IMG/VR virus record: IMGVR_UViG_3300037502_003876
Location: 1 to 64,000 of that record
Length of the DNA stretch: 64,000 nt
Direction: 5' to 3' (one strand)
DNA from: a virus
How positions within the stretch are numbered: the first letter of the stretch is position 1; each line of letters starts with the position of its first letter. The notes under the pieces were generated by a model that had not been told where the DNA came from, ran no database searches, and was given only the letters and a program-made list of their open reading frames with translations. Below, piece by piece: positions 28,613-35,339 of the stretch. A program made the position numbers and the translations under genes.

Positions 28613-28869
28613 GCGCATACGAAGATCTCGTCAAGCGGCTGGCGGCGGCCTTGGTTTCATGGTCGACCGAGACAATCCAGGAACACACGACCGCCGGCCT
28701 TTCCAGCCATGAGGCAAACGGCGTCATGATCGACGTGGCGTCAACGTTCCTCGCATCCGTCCTGGCGAACGCCAACGTCAGCAGCGCCTCCGCGGCCATA
28801 CTCCATGAGAGACTGGCCGAGATGTACCGGACCGGTCGGGGCCCGGAGCCGGAAGAGGTGACATGGTGA
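28609..28869 (+). CDS. Hypothetical protein (locally lower GC)
   Basis: ATGA overlap with the upstream stop. 86 aa. Confidence 0.45.
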   Translation: MSAYEDLVKRLAAALVSWSTETIQEHTTAGLSSHEANGVMIDVASTFLASVLANANVSSASAAILHERLAEMYRTGRGPEPEEVTW

Positions 28870-29750
28870 CCGGCGAGCTCCACTACCTCGACCTGCTGCG
28901 CAACGCGCTCACCCGCGGCACGCTGCGCGAGACCCGGGCCGTGCTGCGCAGCACCGGCGAGCGCGTGCGGGCGTACACGCTGTGGGCGCCGGACCCGCTG
29001 CGCTTCGACCTGGCGCGCGGCTTCCCGGCGGTGACCACCAAGCGGCTCGCGTGGCGCAGCGTGGTGGCCGAGTTGCTGTGGTTCCTCTCCGGGTCGACGG
29101 ACGAGCGCGAACTGCGTGCGATGGGCGCCACCATCTGGCAGGCGTGGGCGGACCCGGAGACCGGCGAGGTGGGGCCGTCCTACGGGCACAACTGGCGCCG
29201 CTTCGGCGGGCACACGGACCAGGTTGCCGCGCTGGTCGAGGGCATCCGGGCGACGGTGCGCGACCCGGGCGCCAGCGTCGGGCGGAGGCTGATGCTGACG
29301 GCGCTGGACCCGGCCACCGTGCACGAGGCGGCGCTCTACCCGTGCCACCCGCTGGCGCAGTGGGACGTGCACGACGGGCAGCTGTCCTGTGCGTTCTACC
29401 AGCGCAGCGCCGACCTGTTCCTCGGGACGCCGTTCAACGTCGCGTCCTACGCGCTGCTGACGCACCTGCTGGCGGCCGTGTGCGGGCTGACGCCGGGGAC
29501 GCTGACGATGCACCTGGGCAACGCCCACGTCTACGAGAACCACGCGGACCTGGTGCGGGAGCAGCTACGCCGCTGGCCGAGGCCGTCGCCCCGGCTGAAC
29601 CTGCCCGCGCCGCTGGACTTCCAGCGCCCCCACGAGCACGCCCGGGTGCCGGTCTTCTGCGGGCCGGAGGGGCTGCCGCTGACGGTGGCGGACCTCGGGC
29701 TACTGGACTACGACCCACACCCGGCGCTCGCGGGTGAGGTGGCGGTGTGA
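28863..29750 (+). CDS. thyA: Thymidylate synthase family protein (ThyA-type)
   Basis: FPAVTTKRLAWRSVVAELLWFLSG, catalytic YPCH, YQRSADLFLGTPFNVASYALL, C-terminal DYDPHPALAGEVAV. Confidence 0.85.
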   Translation: MVTGELHYLDLLRNALTRGTLRETRAVLRSTGERVRAYTLWAPDPLRFDLARGFPAVTTKRLAWRSVVAELLWFLSGSTDERELRAMGATIWQAWADPETGEVGPSYGHNWRRFGGHTDQVAALVEGIRATVRDPGASVGRRLMLTALDPATVHEAALYPCHPLAQWDVHDGQLSCAFYQRSADLFLGTPFNVASYALLTHLLAAVCGLTPGTLTMHLGNAHVYENHADLVREQLRRWPRPSPRLNLPAPLDFQRPHEHARVPVFCGPEGLPLTVADLGLLDYDPHPALAGEVAV

Positions 29751-29815
29751 AGGTCGGCCGCCTCGCTCGACGCCCCCGACCCTGACCCCTCGCCCGCGTC
29801 CCGCAGGATGGGGCC

Positions 29816-30109
29816 ATGCGCCGACGACGCCAGCCGTTGCCCCCGCCGCCCCGGGTCGAGATGCCGCCCCCGCCCCGACCGTCCGCGGACCTGACCGTGG
29901 CGCTGTGCTGGGCGCTCCCGCCGGACGTGGCGCCGCGTCAGGCAGAGCACGCCCTCGACCTGGCGGTGATGCGCGGCCACGTCTCGTGGTGGGCGTGGCA
30001 GGGGGAGCGCGTCGTGGCCCACACGCGCCGGGTGCGGGCGACGCTGGCCGCGCTGTGCCCGACGCTCGGGCAGCCCGTAGCCCTGGCCGTCGACGAGCGG
30101 ACCCCCTGA
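29816..30109 (+). CDS. Hypothetical protein
   Basis: ATG lies 33 nt after the TGACCCC motif. 97 aa. Confidence 0.4.
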   Translation: MRRRRQPLPPPPRVEMPPPPRPSADLTVALCWALPPDVAPRQAEHALDLAVMRGHVSWWAWQGERVVAHTRRVRATLAALCPTLGQPVALAVDERTP

Positions 30110-30139
30110 CCCCCTGACCGGCGGTGGCACCGTGGGGAC

Positions 30140-30649
30140 ATGAAGCTCCACGCGATCCTCGCCCTCTCCCGCGACGGCGCCCTCGGCGACACCCGCACCC
30201 CGTCCGGGCTGCCCTGGCCCCGGCTCGGCCTCGACCTACAGCGGTTCCGCCGGCTGACCGAGGGCCGCGTCGTGCTGATGGGTCGGCGCACCCACGACAC
30301 GCTACCGCCGCGGGGTCTGCCGGGGAGGCGGCTCGTGGTGCTGACGCGGCACCTGGACGCCACGGGCCGGGTGGGAGCGCCATGCGCGTGGGTGCGGAGC
30401 GTGGAGGACGCGCTGGCCGCCTACCCGGGCGAGGAGGTGGTCGTGCTGGCCGGCGGCGCCGAGGTCTACCGGGCGCTGCTGTGGCGATGCTCGCGCATCT
30501 ACCTGACCACGGTGGAGGCGGACTACCCGGAAGCGGACGTGCGGCTGGACCCGGGCGAGGTGACGTGGCGGCGCACCTGCCTCAGCCGGGAGCGGCACCC
30601 GCCCGAGGACGGGACGCCGGTGGCGGTGACCTTCAGCGAGTGGGTGTGA
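30140..30649 (+). CDS. folA: Dihydrofolate reductase
   Basis: ILALSRDGALGD...LPWPRL..DLQRFRRLTEGRVVLMGRRTHDTLP...VLAGGAEVY. Confidence 0.85.
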   Translation: MKLHAILALSRDGALGDTRTPSGLPWPRLGLDLQRFRRLTEGRVVLMGRRTHDTLPPRGLPGRRLVVLTRHLDATGRVGAPCAWVRSVEDALAAYPGEEVVVLAGGAEVYRALLWRCSRIYLTTVEADYPEADVRLDPGEVTWRRTCLSRERHPPEDGTPVAVTFSEWV

Positions 30650-30675
30650 CCGCGGGCCGGCGCTCACCGAAGTCC

Positions 30676-30704
30676 TTGACCAAAGTCCCTTCGACCGTCA
30701 GTAT
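30676..30704 (+). promoter_or_regulatory. Sigma70-like promoter (TTGACC-N17-CAGTAT)
   Basis: ttgacc at 30676-81 and cagtat at 30699-704, in a lower-GC noncoding stretch. Confidence 0.45.
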
Positions 30705-30710
30705 GCGACT

Positions 30711-31015
30711 TGAGTGGAGACGCCTACTGACGCTGAAAGAAACTTCACGTTTCTGGAACTTCGGTGAGCAGACCAGGTCGGGCAACGGGTGTGATGACCC
30801 GCGATCCGGCCTTCCCTGAATCGGACCAGCGATCCCTTCGGTGGCCTCCGCAGGTAGACGGCTGCGCGGAGGCGTGCTACCTTGCGTTCAACACACCAGC
30901 CCCGCTTGCTTCGGCAGCGCATACGGGCTGGTCTTCTCCGATACCCCTGGCGCCTGGCGCCGTCTCATCCCCGCACCCCACGCCCTCGGCTCACCCCGGG
31001 GGCGTGGTCTTTTGT
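30711..31015 (+). ncRNA. Candidate ~300-nt noncoding RNA (promoter-to-terminator unit with no credible ORF)
   Basis: Promoter at 30676-30704 and terminator at 30978-31015. Internal hairpins gcctccgc...gcggaggc and gcttgcTTCGgcagc. The ORFs crossing it have poor codon bias. Confidence 0.3.
30978..31015 (+). terminator. Intrinsic terminator
   Basis: ccacgccc...gggcgtgg stem followed by tcttttgt. Confidence 0.6.
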
Positions 31016-31090
31016 CCGGTCGTGCGTCTCAGCCCCGCCAGCAGGCCCACAGGTCGAGGAGGCGCACGGGCGGGGGTGGCTGGCGGTAGC

Positions 31091-31348
31091 TCATCGGCGC
31101 CTCCGCACGACGGCCCGGTACCGCACGGTACGGCGCTCGCCCTCGTCGTGGGTGGCCTCGATCCGCCAGCCGGCCGCGCGCATCCGGTCGAGGTAGCGGT
31201 ACAACCCCGCCCGGGAGGCGCCGGAGGCCGCGCGCATCTCGTCCAGGGTGAGGCCCTGGCGAGGCGCCTCCACCAGCGCCAGGGCGAGGCGGAGGAGCGG
31301 CTCCGTGCTCGCCTGCTGCGAGAGGACACGGACCCGGCGCGCGGTCAC
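31091..31348 (-). CDS. Winged-helix DNA-binding protein (tentative)
   Basis: GTG at 31348 overlaps the upstream stop (GTGA). ...GLTLDEMRAASGASRAGLYRYLDRMRAAGW... Confidence 0.4.
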   Translation of the reverse strand: MTARRVRVLSQQASTEPLLRLALALVEAPRQGLTLDEMRAASGASRAGLYRYLDRMRAAGWRIEATHDEGERRTVRYRAVVRRRR

Positions 31349-31920
31349 AGCCCGGGCACCCCGCGCGAGGCGAGCCACCGGCGGGCGTCGGCCGCAGCGA
31401 TGGCGCCGTCGGTCGCGTCCAGCTCGCCGGCCCGGGCGAGCCGGCGGACGCTGTTCGGGTCGATGCCGGCCAGCGCTGCCACCTGCGCCACCGTCACCGG
31501 CCGGCCGGTCTCCACGGCCTCCCGGCCGAGGGCCGCGGTCAGGACCAGGGCGAGGCGGTCGGGGAGGCTGGACGGGTCGAGGTCGGACACGTTGACCTCC
31601 CCGGCCAGCCACGCGGTCAGCAGCGCCGGGAGCGGGCCGCTGGGCGGGTCGAGCGGGCTGGCCAGCAGCGGCACCAGCTCGACGGCGTAGGACTCCACGG
31701 CGTCGTCCAGGTCACCCTCGCCGCGGGCGTACCGGGCGAGGTCGGCGGCGGTGAGGCCGATGCCCGTGTCGCCGTGGGGGCCGGTGACGTGGACGGTCAG
31801 GCCGGGGGACAGCGGGAGGGCGAGGCGGGCGACGTGGTGCGCGAGCGCCGCGGACAGGTCGCGGGCGAGGGCGCTGGGGTCGATGTCGGTGAGGCGGAGG
31901 GTGGTCGGGGGTCGCGTCAT
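31345..31920 (-). CDS. Hypothetical protein with a C-terminal HTH (excisionase/MerR-like)
   Basis: ATG at 31920 in ORF 31345..32136. C-terminus VTVAQVAALAGIDPNSVRRLARAGEL. Confidence 0.5.
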   Translation of the reverse strand: MTRPPTTLRLTDIDPSALARDLSAALAHHVARLALPLSPGLTVHVTGPHGDTGIGLTAADLARYARGEGDLDDAVESYAVELVPLLASPLDPPSGPLPALLTAWLAGEVNVSDLDPSSLPDRLALVLTAALGREAVETGRPVTVAQVAALAGIDPNSVRRLARAGELDATDGAIAAADARRWLASRGVPGL

Positions 31921-31996
31921 AGCGCCTCTAGCCCCGAGGCGCCGTGAGGCACCAGCGGGGCAGGGGAGGCGGTGGCGGTGGCGGTGGCGGGCGGGG

Positions 31997-32257
31997 TCAG
32001 AGCGGCGAGGTCTCGTGCCAGACCGGCTCGCCGCCGGTGTCCTCCACCCACCACGTCTCGCCGTGGACCTGGACCTCGGCCAGCACCTCGCGGCCGGCGG
32101 CGCCGTCCTGGGTCCAGGCGCGCACGAGGACGCCACCCGCGTCAGTGACCTCGCGGACCAGCGCGGAGTCGGAGGCGAGGAGGCGGCCGAGGTACGCGGC
32201 GTCCTCCTCGATGGCGTCGGTCCAGTCGGTGGTGGCGAGGGTGTCGAGGTCGGTCAT
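31997..32257 (-). CDS. Hypothetical acidic small protein
   Basis: ATG preceded by the conserved leader GGAAGGACACGACCCC. 86 aa. Confidence 0.5.
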   Translation of the reverse strand: MTDLDTLATTDWTDAIEEDAAYLGRLLASDSALVREVTDAGGVLVRAWTQDGAAGREVLAEVQVHGETWWVEDTGGEPVWHETSPL

Positions 32258-32358
32258 GGGGTCGTGTCCTTCCGCCGGGGTGGTAGGGCCCGGCACGCCG
32301 TCGAGCCCGGGGCCCTGGTTCTCCAGGACCTCCCGGGCGGGAGCGCGAGCGGGCGGGG

Positions 32359-32859
32359 TCAGCGGACGAGGAGCGGGTGCGGCGCGTACGTCGGGCCGCC
32401 GGTCCAGCCGGGAAGCGCCTCGCACCAGGCCAGCGCGCTCACGGCCTCCTCGCCGGCGAGGACGACCTCGGTGGCGTCGCCGTGGATCAGGTCCACCAGC
32501 CCGGCCGGGCAATCCTCGGCGTCGCGGGCGGCGGTCCACCAGTCCTCGGGGCCGTTCTCCTCGTCGACGGCGAAGGTGACGGCCACCTCGGACAGCCACC
32601 AGACGTTGCCGTCCTTGGCGCCGCGCTCTTCCAGCACGTAGGCCTGGAGCCCGGGGCGGCCCTGCGCCCACGCGCCCACGGTCATCACCTCGCACCCGTA
32701 GGCGCCCGACTCCTCGGCGTTGTCCATCGCCTCGGCCGCGGTCTCGCCGCCCACGCTGGTCTCGCCGGTGCTGGTGCCGTTGAGGACGATGCACAGGGTC
32801 TCGTTGTCGATGCTGTCCACGTCGCGGGACTGGAGGCACTTGATCTCGGTGGTGGTCAT
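32359..32859 (-). CDS. Hypothetical acidic protein
   Basis: ATG (MTTTEIK...) preceded by the conserved leader AGAAAGACACGACCC. Confidence 0.5.
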   Translation of the reverse strand: MTTTEIKCLQSRDVDSIDNETLCIVLNGTSTGETSVGGETAAEAMDNAEESGAYGCEVMTVGAWAQGRPGLQAYVLEERGAKDGNVWWLSEVAVTFAVDEENGPEDWWTAARDAEDCPAGLVDLIHGDATEVVLAGEEAVSALAWCEALPGWTGGPTYAPHPLLVR

Positions 32860-32958
32860 GGGTCGTGTCTTTCTGCCGGAGCGGTGGGCCGGCACGGGCT
32901 TGAGCCCGGGGTCTCGGTTTGCCGAGACCTCCCGGGCGGGAGCGGGGTCAGGTGCGGG

Positions 32959-33252
32959 TCAGAGGACGGGGCACCCGTACTCGGCGCGCTCGCTGTCGGA
33001 GAGACCCAGCCAGGCGTCGCCGATGCGAGCCGCGGCGGCCTCGATGGCGTCGGCCTCGGCGCCATCGTCCTGAACGGAGAGGCCGTGGAGGCGGGTCTCG
33101 CGGGTGGTCTCGACCTCGACCTCGTAGCCGGCGGCGGTGAGCCGATCTGCGAGGTAGCGGCCCCAGGCGGTCACCGCGGCGAGGAGGGCGGGGCCGGTGA
33201 GGTCGGAGTAGGTGGAGGCGTGAGCGGGGACGGAGAGGGTGATGGTCGTCAT
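32959..33252 (-). CDS. Hypothetical small protein
   Basis: ATG (MTTITLS...) preceded by the conserved leader. A sigma70-like promoter lies upstream at 33299-33327. Confidence 0.5.
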   Translation of the reverse strand: MTTITLSVPAHASTYSDLTGPALLAAVTAWGRYLADRLTAAGYEVEVETTRETRLHGLSVQDDGAEADAIEAAAARIGDAWLGLSDSERAEYGCPVL

Positions 33253-33298
33253 GGTCGTGTCTTTCTCGGCGGGGGTGGTGTGTCCCGCCGTTGATCTA

Positions 33299-33327
33299 GT
33301 TGTAGGTCGCTTAGTCCGTTGTGTCAA
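33299..33327 (-). promoter_or_regulatory. Sigma70-like promoter (TTGACA-N17-TACAAC)
   Basis: Reverse complement of tgtcaa (33322-27) and gttgta (33299-304). Shares GTCCGTTGACA with the 34074 copy. Confidence 0.45.
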
Positions 33328-33451
33328 CGGACAATCAGCCGGGTCAGTTCTTTTCTTCGAGGGCCGCCCGAGGGGTTCGGCCCGGTGAGCGCCGCGAGCC
33401 CCGGTCCGGCGCGGTGGCGCTGGAGTCCGGGGCGGGTGGGGCAGGGCGCGG

Positions 33452-34006
33452 TCAGAGCCAGGGGCGGGTCGGGGACGCGATGGCCGCGGCCCGGTCCGCC
33501 GGGCTCATCTTGCTCACGGCCGCCCGCCACTCGGCCATCGCCCAGAACCGGTCACGCTGGGCCTGCGCCGCCTTGTGGTCGGCGCCGGTCTTGCGGACAT
33601 AGCAGGACTCCCGGACCACCTCGATCCACCCCTCGGACGCGGGGAGCCGGAGGCCCGTGGACTCGTACAGCTCGACCTCGCCCAGCAGCGAGTGGAAGGA
33701 GCGGGCCACCCGGACATCCAGTTTCCCGTCGAACGCCTTGACGGTGCGGACATCACGGACGCTGAGGGCGGTGCCCAGACCGTTGGCGTTGGAGGCCAGC
33801 GTCGCGGCCATGGTGCTCCGGGCGCGGCGTTCCGCGCGGGTGGCGTCCAGCCCCCACCCGAGGGCGCGGCTGGCGCAGTCGCGGCCGTAGTGCACCACCT
33901 CGCCGTCCTGGTTCTCCAGGGCCACGGAGCACTTGAGCTTGCGCTTGCCGCAGCAGTCGCAGGTGGTCACGGAGTCGTCGATGCCGAGAAAGGTGAGTTT
34001 GGTCAT
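33452..34006 (-). CDS. Hypothetical protein with an N-terminal CxCC zinc-knuckle-like motif
   Basis: 184-aa ORF with the conserved leader. The strong promoter at 34052-34079 lies upstream. Confidence 0.55.
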   Translation of the reverse strand: MTKLTFLGIDDSVTTCDCCGKRKLKCSVALENQDGEVVHYGRDCASRALGWGLDATRAERRARSTMAATLASNANGLGTALSVRDVRTVKAFDGKLDVRVARSFHSLLGEVELYESTGLRLPASEGWIEVVRESCYVRKTGADHKAAQAQRDRFWAMAEWRAAVSKMSPADRAAAIASPTRPWL

Positions 34007-34051
34007 GGTCGTGTCCTTCCGCCGGGGTGGTAGGGCCCGGCTACAGGACTC

Positions 34052-34079
34052 ATAATAATACGGGCGCCCGTATTGTCAA
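34052..34079 (-). promoter_or_regulatory. Near-consensus sigma70 promoter with a 16-bp perfect palindrome as spacer
   Basis: Minus strand reads TTGACA-ATACGGGCGCCCGTAT-TATTAT. The palindrome is at 34058-34073. Confidence 0.6.
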
Positions 34080-34123
34080 CGGACAATCGCACGGGGCTGT
34101 GTCGATTGTCCGGGCGGGTGGGC

Positions 34124-34390
34124 TCAGCCCCGCGGTTTGCCCTTGGTCCAGCCTCGCTTGGGGGGCGGGGTGGCGGCGGCCTCCCGGGCGGCGGCCAGCG
34201 CCACGGCGGCGCTCTCCCCGGCCAGCAGCGCCCGGGTAGCGGCCAGCGCCGCCAGCACGGCCCCGGCCTGGGTGGTGGCGCCGAGCCGGGTGGCCAGCGC
34301 CGCCAGCTCCTCGCGCTCCTCCTCCGTCAGCCGGAGGGTCAGCCGGCCGCGGGTGCGGCTGGCGTCCTCGCTCGAGTAGTCTCGTGTCAT
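34124..34390 (-). CDS. Ribbon-helix-helix-like small protein
   Basis: GRLTLRLTEEEREELAALA is typical of RHH/CopG-MobC-like N-termini. ATGA overlap with the upstream gene. Confidence 0.45.
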   Translation of the reverse strand: MTRDYSSEDASRTRGRLTLRLTEEEREELAALATRLGATTQAGAVLAALAATRALLAGESAAVALAAAREAAATPPPKRGWTKGKPRG

Positions 34391-34659
34391 GGTCGCCCCC
34401 GCAGTTGATCCACGGCCGTCATGTCCGCGAGTGCGAGCTTGAGCGAGTGGAGGCCGTCGACCGAATCGATGGCCACTCCGCCGGACCATGCATACCAGTC
34501 GCCCCCGGGGTACACCTGCGCCACCACGTCCACGCCTCGGCCGGTGAATCGAAATCCGGCCAGCCCGGTGCCTGTGGCGGCTACCGGCTCCACGCTGAGC
34601 GCGAGAATCCTCGCCATCACCGCAGCCTGTCCGGTCACATATCCAATAGGGTCTTTCAT
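34387..34659 (-). CDS. Hypothetical small protein
   Basis: 90-aa ORF translationally coupled to 34124..34390. Confidence 0.45.
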   Translation of the reverse strand: MKDPIGYVTGQAAVMARILALSVEPVAATGTGLAGFRFTGRGVDVVAQVYPGGDWYAWSGGVAIDSVDGLHSLKLALADMTAVDQLRGRP

Positions 34660-34739
34660 GGTCCGTGTCCTCCAGCGCCGCGAGCCCCGGTCCGGCGCGG
34701 TGGCGCTGGAGTCCGGGGCGGGGTGGTGGGCCGGCGAGG

Positions 34740-35084
34740 TCAGGCGGCGACGTCGGCGATCTTGGCGTTCTTGACGGCCTGCACGGCCGCCGCGTCGTCC
34801 AGGCCGGCCAGCGCCACGCCGGCCTCGTTGACGCTGTAGGTCAGGCCGTAGCGACCGCCGAGGGCGAGGAAGCCAAGCCGGTGCGCCTCGAACACGACGT
34901 GCTTGGCGCGCACCTTGCCGGGGTTGATGCTCAGCCAGGCGCCCTTGGGGCCATGCGCCTTGTGCCAGATCAGAACCCAGTCCGCCTTGTACCTCCGCTC
35001 GGTCATGAACCGCACGAGCTGGACGATGTGGCGGGGGAGGACGTGCTTGTTGTCGTAGTCGCCCTGGGGGTGGTGGATGAGCAT
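34740..35084 (-). CDS. Hypothetical protein
   Basis: 114-aa ORF with the conserved leader. The strong promoter at 35130-35157 lies upstream. Confidence 0.55.
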   Translation of the reverse strand: MLIHHPQGDYDNKHVLPRHIVQLVRFMTERRYKADWVLIWHKAHGPKGAWLSINPGKVRAKHVVFEAHRLGFLALGGRYGLTYSVNEAGVALAGLDDAAAVQAVKNAKIADVAA

Positions 35085-35129
35085 GGTCGTGTCCTTCCGC
35101 CGGGGTGGTGTGTCCCGGCTACAGGACTC

Positions 35130-35157
35130 ATACTAATACGGGCGCCCGTATTGTCAA
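35130..35157 (-). promoter_or_regulatory. Second copy of the palindrome-spacer promoter
   Basis: Minus strand reads TTGACA-ATACGGGCGCCCGTAT-TAGTAT. The palindrome is at 35136-35151. Confidence 0.6.
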
Positions 35158-35255
35158 CAACAAATCGACACGGTGCCGGCGACGAATCGTCCGCGGCCTA
35201 TCGTCCACACGGGGGCGTCCTGGCGGGCATGTGCCTGAAATCGTGGCACTTCCGC

Positions 35256-35290
35256 GGCGTCCCCAGCGGGATTCGAACCCCCTACATGTC
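35256..35290 (-). other. tRNA 3'-end-like sequence (T-arm plus acceptor), candidate attP/att core
   Basis: Minus strand reads GGGGGTTCGAATCCCGCTGGGGACGCC. It sits 50 nt downstream of the int stop. ATCCCGCTGG is repeated at 35318-35328. Confidence 0.5.
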
Positions 35291-35339
35291 ACCCTACCGC
35301 AGCGATCCGGCCCATGTCCAGCGGGATCAGCCCCGTTCG

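Noticed and set aside
30758-30915. Three C-UUCG-G motifs (about 30760, 30836 and 30909), considered as evidence for three stable tetraloop hairpins in the candidate RNA.
   Set aside because: Only the 30904-30918 copy has a convincing flanking stem. The other two have 1-2 bp of pairing, so the count alone is not used as evidence.
30698-31690. ORFs 30764..31690 (308 aa, plus strand) and 30698..30922 (74 aa, minus strand) covering the folA-distal gap.
   Set aside because: They have poor codon bias. The long ORF reads straight through an intrinsic terminator and into minus-strand genes that are better supported. The region is treated as noncoding and as an RNA candidate.
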